Shown: positions 49,553 through 64,000 of the stretch, in pieces
How the letters are laid out: each line of letters starts with the position of its first letter
Position numbering within the stretch: the stretch's first letter is position 1
NCBI RefSeq assembly: GCF_009914755.1
Contig: NC_060931.1
DNA length: 64,000 bases
Source of the DNA: the human T2T-CHM13v2.0 reference genome, Homo sapiens
Strand: one strand, 5' to 3'
Program-made: the position numbers and the translations under genes
Notes under the pieces: model-generated
What the model was told of the DNA's origin: nothing
Database searches by the model: none
Seen by the model: the letters and a program-made list of their open reading frames with translations, nothing else

Positions 49553-51504
49553 GTGAGTCTCTCCCCTCGCTGTCGCGTTTTCTTGCCGGCGCCGGAGCCC
49601 ATCGCCGCCTCTCCCGGCCGGGCCGCCAGTGCTTTGTGTACCTCTGTGAGGAGAGGGGCGGAGGGGGCGCGCACCAGCCGGGTGAGCCGGGTGGTCTCGG
49701 AGGCCAGCGGGAGGCGAGAGCGCCTCCCCCCGTGGCCTCCTTTCTTCTCCCATGTTCGCGACCCCCGCGCGGGTTCCCGGGACGCGAAGGGAGCGGCCGC
49801 GCGGCCGAGCCCGCAGCCTGCACCGTGGCTCGCGACCACCTATTGTTTACCGGGCCGGGAGCCGTAGGCAAGTGAGGTGCAGGCCGGGGGGGGGGGGCTC
49901 GCGTTTCCACACCTCCCCGCGCAGTTCGCTCCTCCCAGGAGGGTCGAGGCAAGGTATCTGGCTGTGACCGGGAGGAGTGCAGATCGTGGCTGACAGAGGA
50001 ACGGGGGTATTGAGGTTGGCACTAACTCCTGGGATCCCTTTGCTCTAGCTGGTCTCAAAGCGGGCAGGGTAGGACTTAGGCCGTTTCTGGGGTCGCAGTC
50101 ATGATCTCCAACGCTTGGGAAAGGATTGCCCATAAGGAATCTCATGGGTTTACCTAATTTCCATTTACCCGCGTCCCGCTTCTCCTCTCCTGAGGCCCAG
50201 GTTTGAGGTGGTCTTGGGGTCCGTGTGACTATAGGTTCAGGGGATAAGTGTGGGTGGGGGAATTATCCTGAAGGAAGCCAGCCGACTTCGGACTCCCCAG
50301 GGGATATTGCCGAAGGCGGAGGGGATGTGACTATCACTTCCTATCCGGGGTGGGGGTGGGGAACTTGGGAACAATAGTCCTGGTGGGGCGGAGGCGACGC
50401 TACGGGCCGAAGCCCTGAACTGGGAGATAACCTTCCCAGCGCCCCCCCGCCTCCGCCACCCCCTACTTTCCGCCCTCTGCTTGTGCAGGCAGTCTTGAGA
50501 GGAGGTGAAGGTTAAAAGTCTTGTTCATGAAATTGCTCTAGATACACTATTGCTTTAGCACACTGTGAGGGGGTCAGATCCGAAGGCGTGAGACCAGAAG
50601 TCGACTTCCTACGTTACCCACCCCCCCAACCCCCGCCCTTTTTATTTTTCTGCTGGACAATGTTCCCTCTAGGGTTGTTTCCCGGCTTAGGAGGCGGTGG
50701 TTGCGGCTGCTGCTCCTACGGATATTGCGCAAGACTGGGGCGTTGGAAACCCTGTAGGTCTGGGGAATGAAAAAGGAAGTGGGACTTTGGGAAGTGGTTG
50801 CTCCTTAGTCTTGGCGGGGGTTGGGAATGGGAAATAAGCTGGGGAAAATTTTTATCTTGGGTAAGGTGCACCTCGAAGAATAATCACTTAATTCTGAAAT
50901 CTGATTATGAGAAGGATACACAGTTAATGCCTGTAAAATGAATGGGCAGCAAACATTGGCTAGTTTTTATTTTTTGTTTAAAAAGTACAGTAGTTTTTAT
51001 GGTGGAGGTGATATGACTTAGTAGTGAATACTTTTTCACGTTTTAAAGAGACTGGTCTAGTAAAGCTTTAGCGTTAAATTTTTAACAGCTTATAAAATAG
51101 GCCCTTGACCATACACAGTATTATACTAGCATCGTTGAGCTTTGTGATTCCCGCCTCCCCAGACCAATAATAGAGGACGGAAGTAAAGTTTTCTCAGTAT
51201 CTTTTGAAGATTGAAAATATAAGTTAAATAATCTAACTTATTCCTTATTAAAAATAAAAATATTGCTTATATTTAAACATTTGCTCTTGATATTTAGCCT
51301 ATGTATTTTTGAAAAATTACTTTTTGATCTGAAAGGGTTAAGGAAAACGGCATTTTCCCTTTTTACTATTGAGAGTTTTTATTGTCTTGGTATCTTTTGA
51401 ATGGTGTCATTTACAGCAATTGGATGGAGTCCCTTTTTTACTACTTTCTAGCAAAAGTAGAAGAAAATACTTTGAATATTTAAGATGTTTAAAACTAGTT
51501 TTTT

Positions 51505-51965
<461 letters not shown>

Positions 51966-52127
51966 TAGTCACCTTGTTATCCCTAGGCATATACCGTCAG
52001 GAAGGAGCATTGTTTGGTGATGCGGGCCATCAGGACAGGTTGCCCAGCCTCTGAACTCCTGTACTGGAGAAGTGGCCTTAGGGTTCATGCTTTGGGGATG
52101 AGTCAGGGATTCCTATTGGAGAGTTCA

Positions 52128-52441
<314 letters not shown>

Positions 52442-52975
52442 GAGAGTTCATTTCTCCAAGAGTAAATGAGTTTCCTTTTTCTTCCATGATACCTAGGTAT
52501 AGCTAGGTGATTCTACATTAGAGATTTGATGACTAAGGCTATTCTTTTATAGGGCTTTTTTTTTTTTTAATTTCCTGACTTGATAAGCAATAGCTGTAAT
52601 TAAGACAGCCGGTAGTTGGTGCTGCTTTTTCCCCTGACTGGAAGGCTGGAGAGGAACTATGTTCTCCTGGCATGGAAAGAGAAAAAAAAGATTAGCTTAT
52701 AGATTCTATTATTTTTAAATTCTGATGTCGATTAAAAATGCATTTTAAATTCTTAACATTTTATGACTGAGCCTTAGAGATAATGTAGCTGATATAACTG
52801 TTCCATCATAAAATAATGTTTATTCCAAATTTGGAAATTAATAGAATAATAATAATGCCTTACACTTAGACCACAGTTCAAATGAACACTCCACTTGCCT
52901 GACTGGTGATGATGCTCTTTTCGCTCTATCCAGCTGTCCTACAGTCCTGTCATTTAAAGGCTACCTCTGTTAATA

Positions 52976-53297
52976 TTTTTTGGTTTTGTTTTGTTTTGTT
53001 GTTTTGTTCTGTTTTTGAGACAGGGTCTCACTCTGTCACCCAGGCTGGAGTGCATGGTTGCGATCCTGGCTCACGGCAGCGTCGGTCTCCCTGGGCTCAG
53101 GTGATCCTCCCACTTCAGCCTCCAGAGTAGCTGGGGCTATGGGCCCACCCCACCAAGCCCTGCTGATTTTTGTATTTTTTGTAGAGACAGGGTTTCCCCA
53201 TGTTGCCCAGGCTGGTCTCAAACTCCTGGGCTCAAGCAATCCACCTGCCTCAGCCTCAAAGTGCTGGGGTTACAGGTGTGAGCCACCGTAGCCGGCC
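52976..53297 (-). mobile_element. AluJ
   Basis: Alu consensus. Confidence 0.88.
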
Positions 53298-53999
53298 TAC
53301 TACTTGGTAACTATCTTATATCTTAATTTTGTTTCTTTATGTTTGAGTATTTAGGTCATTCTACTTTCTGCTGTTACATATAGTAATTCTGTGATTAACA
53401 TTTTTGCTGAAACTGACATTTTTCACTGTTGCATAAGATAGCTTCCCAGGAGTACTAGGTAGACGTATATAAACATTTAATACATGTTCATAAACTTGAA
53501 AAAGTTTTGTCAGTTTATACAACTGTCATAATGTATGAGTGTTCATATTATAATTTTCTTGATCTTTATTTGATGGTTGAAAACTGATATCTTGTTTTAA
53601 CTTGAATTTCTTGATTACTATTGAGGATAGAAATTTTCCACCTGTCATTACTATTCTATGAGTGTCTATTCCTGGCCTTGGTTGTGCCCCATACTGTTAA
53701 AGAGGAGACAGCTAAGGTACCCAGACTGTGCAGAACTATGTTGCCTAGATGGTTATTTGCATGTTGAAAACATGCTAATTTTGCTAATAAATTAGCAAAT
53801 AGCTAATTTGTGGCTGATCCAGAATTTGATCTCAATTATCTCTACTTTTAATATTTACAAAATGAGAGATAAATGTATAAAGTAGGGTGGTGCACATTCA
53901 TGTTTGACAGACCTAGGTTTTACTCCACACAGACTCCCTCTGATGGCTGGGGGTTGGGGAGGTGGTCCTGGACCATACTTTGAGAACCAGTGAGCTAAT

Positions 54000-55250
54000 A
54001 CATGGTAAATGATAAAGGTAATGCTGGGAAAGTTAGGTAGAGGTCTTTTTGTGAAGGATCTTACATCTATGCTATACTTAGATTTTATTCTACAGACCGA
54101 TAATAGCAATTCTGGACAGTCTGCATTGTAACTCCTAGAGACATGGAGAAAGTAGGGAGGTGTTAAGAAAATAGACATGCTGGTCCACTCCAGCGTCATT
54201 CCCCCACCTCACCTTCTCCAGCCTGCTCCTTGAGTTGTACTCTGAACCTTCACTTACTTAGATAGGTTCTGGTAGAAAAGGTGAGAATCATTAGTCTGGG
54301 TTTCTGGAGCACTACTGAGTCTTTTAAGAAAGGTAAACAGTCATTTGTGTTTTACAAAGTTGAATCTGATAGCAGTATGAAGGGTGGCATTTTGGAAGCT
54401 GTTGAAATATAAGAAGTGAGATGTGAGGGCCTGAAGTGAACTGAGATGGGGAAATAGAGTGTATACAACACATCTGATAAGAATTAAGAAAGGAGTCTCA
54501 ATGATTCATTAGATGTAGGTAGTAAAGAAGAAAAGAGTATAGTATTATGACTCGCAAAATATCTAGCTTGGTATCTGTCACCCAAGCTAGAGAATACCAT
54601 TTGGTAGAGTAAGGAGTGAGGGAGGAGAAACAAGTAGAGGAGACCAAACAACATTGTAGGAGGAAGTTTCAGGGGGAGAAGAGGATAAATTTAATTTTCA
54701 ACATGTTAAAACTGCGGTGCCTCTGAGACATCCAGTAGAAATGTAGAGCTCAAGATTTCTGACAGGACGGAGTTAAAGATGTAGGCATCATAATATAAGC
54801 ATGTAGGAGATAGTCGACAGCATGGGAGTGAATGAGCTTATTCCAACAAACTTATAGAGTGACCAGCTTTAGGTTGAAGAACATCAGTCTTAAAATAACA
54901 GCCAAAAGAAGGATATACTAGTGATTGTTCCTGAGAAGGTGTGGTCAAGGAGGAGGGAGGAGAACCAGAGATGTCAGAAAAGCCAGGGAGAGTTTCAAGA
55001 AAGGAGTTATTACCAGAGTCAAATAATGCTGGGAGGACCGGTAAGGTGAGGTTGAGAAAGTACCTATTCCATTTGGCACATAGGAGTGCTTTGGTGACTA
55101 GAAAAAACAGTTTGGGTTGGGGTATGGGAAGAAGCTAGATTATAGGGTGAAGGGTGGGTTTAGTGTCTTTCCATTTTTTTTTAACATTTTGAAAGTAGAT
55201 GGTAGGAGCTAGAGGAAGATTGGTTGAAGGAGAGTGTGCCCCTTCCACTG
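54000..55250 (-). mobile_element. L2 fragments
   Basis: Purine-rich L2 motifs (tgagacatcca, gagagtttcaaga, gtcaaataatgctg). Confidence 0.55.
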
Positions 55251-55419
55251 CCTTTTTTTTTTTTTTAAAGAGAGAACTAGAGAATATTTTTCTTATTATT
55301 TCTTGTCTATGTGTATATCCTCTTTAGCCTGGGAAGATCTTATGTTGCAGTCTTGATAAATATAAAAATTTTAATCATTTGTTTATTCAGTGTTGTAGCT
55401 TATAGGTTTAAAAAAACTA

Positions 55420-56145
55420 ATAATAGCTTTATTGAGATATAAGTACCTACCATAAGATTTATTCATTTAAAGTCTATGATTCACTAGTTTTTTATTACAT
55501 TGATGAAGTTATGCAACAATAACCATAATCAATTTTAGGACATTTTCTTCACTTTCTGTACCCATTAGCAGTCACTCCCCGCCTTCCCATAAGCCCCAGG
55601 CAACCACAAATCTACCTTCTGTTTCCATAGATTTAAGTATTCTGGACATTTTATATAAATGGAATCATACAATATGTGGTGTTTTGTGACTGACTCCACC
55701 TAACATGATGATTTCAAGTTTCATCCATGTTATAGTATTGATCCGTAGTACTTTTGGCCTTTTTATGGCTGAATAATATTCTATTGTATAGATACCACAT
55801 TTTGTTTATCCATTCATCGTGTTGATGGGTATTTGAATTGTTTCCACTTTTTGGCTAATGTGAATAATGCAACTATGAACATTTGTGTACAAGTTTCTGT
55901 GTGGACACATTTTCAGGTCTCTTGGGTATATATCTAAGTGTGGAATTGCTCAGTCACGTGGTAACACTATGTTTAACATTTTGCGGAACTGCCAGACTGT
56001 TATCCAAAGCTGCTGCACATATTACATTCCAATCAGGAATATATGAGGGTTCCACTTCCTCTACATCTTCACCGATACTTGTTGCTGTCTTTTTGATTAT
56101 AGGCATCCTACTGGGTGTGAAGTGGTATCTTCTTGTGGTTAGCTT
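55420..56145 (-). mobile_element. L1MB 3' fragment
   Basis: agctttattgagatataa...ggaatcatacaatatgtgg...ggtgtgaagtggtatct; ORF2 remnant TTRRYHFTPSRMPIIKK. Confidence 0.85.
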
Positions 56146-57829
56146 GTAAGATTTTGTGTGTCTTAATTTGTCTTTCAAAGCTAGAGTGATAGGAAATATT
56201 TTCCAGTCCTTGCATTTGAGCTAATCTTAGTGCTTACCCAGTGCCACTGGTTTAGTTATGGTTTTCTTATCCATCCTTTGATGAGTATTCACCTAAACAT
56301 ATTTACATCAACTAACTTCAGAAGTGGAAGTGAACTTTTAAGTAACTCTCCAGACATGGTTCACTGAGACAGTAAACTAAAAATTTACTTTAAGCATTCT
56401 CAAGAATGTTTTACTTTATTTACTTTCAAAATATATTAACTTTTTTCCATCAATATTTGATATTTAACTTGGAAAAAGGATTTTTAAAGGATGAAACTGA
56501 AAGTAAGACATTAACATTTAGGTGGCTGTAGGTTTTTTGTTCATATGTTAAATACTTCTGTGTTTCTGTAGCACTGAGTTCATTAGATTCATAAATATTT
56601 ACATTTCTGTCTTCCCCAGACTGAACGCCTCCCAGGCTAGAGACTGGGACTTAATTATCCCTGTATCCCCATTGCTTAATATAGTGCTTGGCATTTAATA
56701 GGCACTAATGTCCATTGCATGTGCAGACATTGTAGACAAACTTAATGCTGTAAGACAGATTTATTCTTCAGGTGAATTCTTCAGTGGTCCAAGGGTTTGT
56801 CTTCTAGACGATCATGAGAACTGCTTCTTCCCCTCCTACACAGATGTGCTCACATAACTCGTTGTATTTTCAGTATCCACTGAAAAAGAAAATACAAGAT
56901 AAGAGCTACATTGAATTCAAATATTTTAAATAAATATGATTTTATTAGCTGCAGTTTCTTAAGGTAACTTCTGTATTTGTGCATCCCACACCCAATGGAT
57001 CATACTTTGTTGACATTGTCTTAGAGTATTAATAAAATGTCTTTTAAACTTTTGGCTTTGGACTTAATAAAATCAAGATATCATGTCATCGGTATCTCTT
57101 CAAAAATAGTGAATTTGTGGGTATTTAGAGAGTGATTACAAGTGATATCTGTTGTTCTCTACTTGCCTCTAGTTTCTTTCCTCATCCAGTCCATTCAACA
57201 CATCATACTCACTTTCAAGTGGCAGCATCTGTAGGCTAATGGAAACCATACTGGTTGTACAATCAGGAGATGTGGGCTGCACTGGAAGCATGGTTTAATT
57301 TTTATTATTAAAAATATAAGTTAAAAAAACTCATTGCTCCCTTTGATGACCATTACAATTATTGGAAATTTTAAATGTGTATTTTGAAAGTCAATTCAAA
57401 ACATATGATCCAAGTGCTGCTCCTTTTTCAAACTGTAATTATGTCTGTCTCTCTTTCCAGAGAGATTTGATTCCCTGATTTTTCCCTTCTCAGCTCCCTC
57501 CAATTTTAAATATATATATATAGTTTTTTTTAATAATTAAAAAAAAATACTTCACCTGGAAGTTTTCATCCAATTTTGTAACTTTGGTCCTAGTTGAGAA
57601 TCACAGGCCTATAGGATAAAGTCTGTACTTCTTAGCCTGGCATTCCAGAACCTTCTTAACATAATGTCACAGTACCTTTCCAGTGTTAAACTTCTATACT
57701 CTGGTATGTATCCTCTCTTCTTTTTGAAGGAAGCTATTCCTGGTCCTTGAGCATACCTACTAAATGAATGAAATCTTGCTTATCTGTGGTTGTACTGTTG
57801 AACATACTTTTTCCCTCAGAAAGCTTCCC

Positions 57830-58057
<228 letters not shown>

Positions 58058-58560
58058 CCCTTTTATTTTATAAACCAGTACTTGGAAGATGAGAAAGCTA
58101 AAAATTTAAAATGACTTCACCATGTTCACCAAAAACTCAGAAGCAAAAATGTGATTAATTCTCACCTTCTAGAATAAATATTTTAGCACAGTTAATCTTA
58201 AAGCACTTTTTCTCCTTTGTAAAGTTTGATCTTTAATATCACAAGAAAAAAAGCCTTTCATTAGATTTGAGTTGAAAACTTGATAAGGTAAATCAGGTGA
58301 TATGCAATTTCTAAACCACTAGTCTTTTCCAAATATGAGTTGAACTCCTCTTCCAGCATTTTATATTTCCTGTAGTATTTAAGTTTCTTTAGATTCATGC
58401 AGTCAAACCTTGACAATTATCTCCTTCCTTCTGAAATCACACAAAAATCTTGTTTGCATTTGTACAGTATTGTAGGGTCTGTAGCTGGCCTATGGCAGAT
58501 ATAAGAAGCAAACAGTAGTTGCTCCCTAAAAGTTTTTTTTGGAGAAAGTGGAGTGTGGAC

Positions 58561-58887
58561 TGTATTAGTCCATTTTCACACTGCTATGAAGAACTGCCCG
58601 AGACTGGGTAATTTATAAAGGAAAGAGGTTTAATTGACTCACAGTTCAGCATGGCTGGGGAGGCCTCAGGAAACTTACGATTGTGGTGGAAGGTGAAGGG
58701 GAAGCAAGGCACCTTCTTCACAAGGTGGCAGGAAGGAGAATGAACATGGGAGGAACTACCAAACATTTGTAAAACCATCAGATCTTGTGAGAACTCACTA
58801 TCAGGAGAACAGCATGGGGGATTATAATTACATAGGGATTATAATTCAAGATGAGATTTGGTGGGGACACAAAGCCTAGTCATATCG
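58561..58887 (-). mobile_element. THE1D-type solo LTR
   Basis: tgtattagtccattttcacactgc...gaggcctcaggaaactta...catatc; 5-bp TSD TGGAC (58556-58560, 58888-58892). Confidence 0.88.
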
Positions 58888-59035
58888 TGGACCATGATAA
58901 TCTCAGAGGCTTTGGGAAGTGTGCTAATATCTACATTTCCTGTAATAACTTTTATATCTAATCGGCATTTAAAAAGCTGTTTTAACAACATTTGAGTGAC
59001 TGTCCTGATAGGCTCTGAAGGAATGCAAAGATTTG

Positions 59036-59085
59036 TCTCTGTCATCCATCCATGGTCTCTGTCATCCATCCATGGTCTCTATCAT
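59036..59085. repeat. 20-bp minisatellite, ~2.5 copies (TCTCTGTCATCCATCCATGG)
   Basis: Seen directly. Confidence 0.85.
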
Positions 59086-61474
59086 TTATCCATTCATACA
59101 GAAGGTATTTATGGAGATACCTGAGTGCCCACTATGCCCTAGGTACTGTGTTTTTGAATTGACAGTTGAAAACATGGCAGTACTCTGTTCAGGAAGTTTA
59201 CTAACTGAACAGACCTGTGAGAAGCAGCGGGACTTTTCCTGGGGGCAGTGGGTGGGCTTCAGGGGAATCTTTGAACCCTTTTAAATTATATATAATATTT
59301 TTTGTGTGTAAGCCCATTTTAGGGGGAAGAAAGTTCATAGCTCTTAGTTTCTCAAGGAGTTTGGGTCCCTTAGACTAGTGGAAAGATAAGGAGTTTAGGA
59401 GCTATACAGTCATTAATTTCTATCCTGGCCCTGCTGTGATTCTGAGCAGATTATCTAGAGAAGTTGGGGCTCTAATACATACCTGGAAAGAACAAGATAA
59501 TATATGTAAAGTTTCTAACATAGTATATAGAAGGTAGTCAAAGGAATTTGAGATGACATACTGCTCCAGTGGAAGTATATTCGGAATATAAGCCAGAGAG
59601 ACAGGAGAGCCTAAATCTGTCTGAATAGATCATGGACAGTTTCCACAAAGATGCTACATTTGAGCTGGTTTTTGAAGGAAGAGTTTGTCAGGTGAACTAG
59701 GTGAGTAAAAGGCAACAACACTTTCAAAGACTTGGAGATAAACAGAGATAGAACTGTGGGTTTTAGATGGGAAGAACAGGGTCAGTGTGTATAAAATAAG
59801 AAAATCTTATGTACCCAAATAATAGGATTTCCAAAGGAATATCAGCTTAAATGCTATTATGAAATTGGCCTGTGTTCCTGAGTGTTTTGATGAGGAGTGT
59901 TTTGATGTTCCATTATTATGGCATAGTTGTTTGATCTTACAGTAGGACCTTTTAAAAATTGAGTCCTTGTCACATGGTAAATGTTCTTAAATCTGGTAAT
60001 TTTACTTTATCTCAGGTATATAAAGTAGTACTCTCTCTGTTTACACAGTTCTTAGATGACTAGATTAGTGTTTCTCATTGGCATCTATCAGATATGTTTA
60101 AAGTGCCCTGTAGAAAGAAATTACATTTAAAAAGCCTTCAGGACTAAGGCAGCTTATTTATAATGGTGGGTCTCTTGCTTAGTTTGGATTCCTCAGCGAA
60201 TTGAGTTTTCCATAAGATGACTCTGAAGAGGTTTTGAGACTGCATTTGTGACCAGAACCAACGTGAGAAAGGAAGGGAGTTCTAGGTCACATGCTACAAA
60301 ACCATGAAGAATAACTTCTCTAGACACCTTCTTCCCCATTGTGTATGTTGGTTTTACTCCTGACGTCATAAACTCTTTAGTGTTAGAAGGAACATAAAAA
60401 CTGTTTAGAAATTAAGGAGCTTGTTACAGGTCTTGCCATAGAAAGGTGGTGGAACTGGGTTAGACCCAAGTTAGGAAAGCAGATGCTTTTTATATGACAT
60501 GATGCTGCTTAGGCCAACATTTTCAGTCTTAGGGAAAAAGTCAATAAAGCCCCACTTCCTACCCCCCTAGAGTAGAGCATAAATATCCTCAAAATTACAA
60601 AAAAAGTTTTCTGTCAGTATAGATTTTTGGTTGCAGCCTACTTCCAAAAAGTAGCTTAAGTGAAGAAAGAATTTATTGCAATGGAATACTGCCCTTGAGC
60701 AGGTTGAAGCATCAGAACCAAGAAATAGAGAGCCTGGGTGACTCCTCTCTCCATGCCAGCCTCTTTGTCTTTCTATGGTTTTCAAGTTTCCATGTCTCTG
60801 GGGCTGCTTGGATACTTCTCTTTGCTTCTCTGCACACCTGCTTTACTATTACCTCTCTCTGCATTTTGACTTTCACTGTTTTGGCCTGCATGTGCTGAAT
60901 AAAGACATCCCTTATGGTAATCTAACCTGTCTCATTCACTTTTATCTCAAATTATGGAAAGAGCTCAGAATGACTAGAATTGCTACATCTTGTTTTCAAT
61001 TTCCTGAAGAAAATAACCAACTTGCCAGTGAGATGGGTGTTGTATAAGGTGGTGAGCTTATTCATATGTGTATGGAAGGAAGGAACTTTTTTTAGAGAAA
61101 GGAAGGGATGGCTTGATAACTAGGCGGGCAGTCCAAAGAGTGTCTAGTAGAGAATCCTTGAAGCAAAATTGAAAAAAAATTTACTATTTTAAGGTTTCAG
61201 CTCCATATGAACTCCACCCACCTTCTTTCAGAGATGGAAAAAGCACAAAGAGTCCTTGTGACTTGAGAGAACAATTTGTTGGCTCTGGCAGAGCATTATT
61301 TCACATTTACAGTTAGACATTAAACATCAGGCAAAATTTTAAGGTTTCTGTGTAGCAAACTAAAATTAAGATTATCTATAAGCTGCTTATTTATGGTACC
61401 TAAATTTAAATTATAATTTTTCAACATTAAAATATGGAACCTTCTTGCAAGGAAATCCTGTTTTAAAGTTTGGG

Positions 61475-61785
61475 TTTTTGTTTGTTTGTTTTTTTTTTTT
61501 TTAAGAGATAGGGTCCTGCTTTGTCACACAGGCTGGAGTGCAGTGGTGTAATCATAGCTCACTGCAGCCCTGACCTCCTGGGCTCAAGTGATCCTCTCAC
61601 CTCACTCCTGAGTAGCTAGGACTACAAGCATGTTGCCACCATGTCCTACTAATTTTTTTACCTTTTTTGTAGAGACGAGGTCTTACTATGTTGCCCAGCT
61701 GGTCTCAGACTCCTGGCCTAAAGCAATCCTTCCATCTTGGCTCCCCAAGTGCTGGGATTATAGGTGTGAGCGACTGTGCCTGGCC
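61475..61785 (-). mobile_element. AluJ
   Basis: Alu consensus. Confidence 0.85.
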
Positions 61786-62226
61786 CTAAGGATCACTTTT
61801 ATCAAAGTAGTCACTATGATTTACTCCCTGATCATATGTCAGAAATATATCACTATCTGAAAAACTAACATATTTTCTTCACAATAGGTTTTGCATTGTT
61901 AAAATTATCCTAACTATAGTTCTTTTAGTTCATGAATCATCTAAAATTTATGTGTTACTATATTCATTGTGTTTGCCTGGCTATTAGTGTGCCTGTCTTT
62001 GTGCCTGTGTGTCTGCCTGCCTGCCTTTGTGCCTCCCTTTGAAATTCTATTTGCCTACTCACCTTTCTCTACCTACTCAGTCAGTTGGTTGTCTGTGCCC
62101 AAGATTTATTAATGTGTGTTAACGTGTGGGTAGTAGAGATAGACTGGAAGGTACTTTGTAGTTTAGAAATGTCTGTAATTTACACCTAGTTGTTTGTAAT
62201 TCATCTAATACGGTAAATAGATTATA

Positions 62227-63848
<1,622 letters not shown>

Positions 63849-64000
63849 TATGAATGCCAAGGAGAAACATAGGGTGGGTGGTTATTAGTAATAGGATTTT
63901 GCAACTGAAATAATTAAACATGTTCAGATATTTATCTCCACACCCATTCACTGACATTATTAGATGGTGCACAAAAGTAAAAAGTTTATTTTAAAATTAC

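Larger units (their letters stand above)
48300..50800. promoter_or_regulatory. CpG island / TATA-less PTPN12 promoter
   Basis: Very GC- and CpG-dense non-repeat sequence around exon 1. GC boxes (GGGCGGGG 48795-48802, CCACGCCC 48803-48810), ETS-like CCGGAAAT 48810-48817, CCAAT near 48489. Edges approximate. Confidence 0.9.

Noticed and set aside
48670-49952. Long ORFs (281, 376, 324 aa) across the CpG island as separate genes
   Set aside because: Low-complexity G/A/P/R-rich translations expected in very GC-rich DNA. Only 49454-49552 matches a known protein and ends at a splice donor.

Overview
Human (hominid) genomic DNA, about 49 kb of repeat-rich upstream sequence followed by the CpG-island promoter, first coding exon (49454-49552, MEQVEILRKFIQRVQAMKSPDHNGEDNFARDFM) and the start of intron 1 of PTPN12 (PTP-PEST) on the + strand. 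No other host protein-coding exon could be supported; nearly all tracked ORFs are artefacts of Alu, SVA, LTR or GC-rich sequence. The region holds about 35 Alus, two SVA retrotransposons in opposite orientation, a full LTR-int-LTR THE1 element, decayed Tigger4 and Hsmar2 DNA transposons, and L1/L2/MIR/MaLR fragments. Most notable observations: (1) a human-specific SVA_F that lacks its hexamer head and instead carries a 169-nt CpG-rich foreign leader, joined exactly at an SVA splice-acceptor position and enclosed by the TSDs (a captured first exon that is not the MAST2 leader); (2) a strong-Kozak upstream ATG sharing 15 identical nt with the real PTPN12 start (uORF MEQAGGWGWR), next to a pure (GGC)11 repeat; (3) a 279-bp tandem duplication with a single mismatch. 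Repeat subfamily names come from recalled diagnostic motifs, not a database search, and boundaries of old repeats are approximate.
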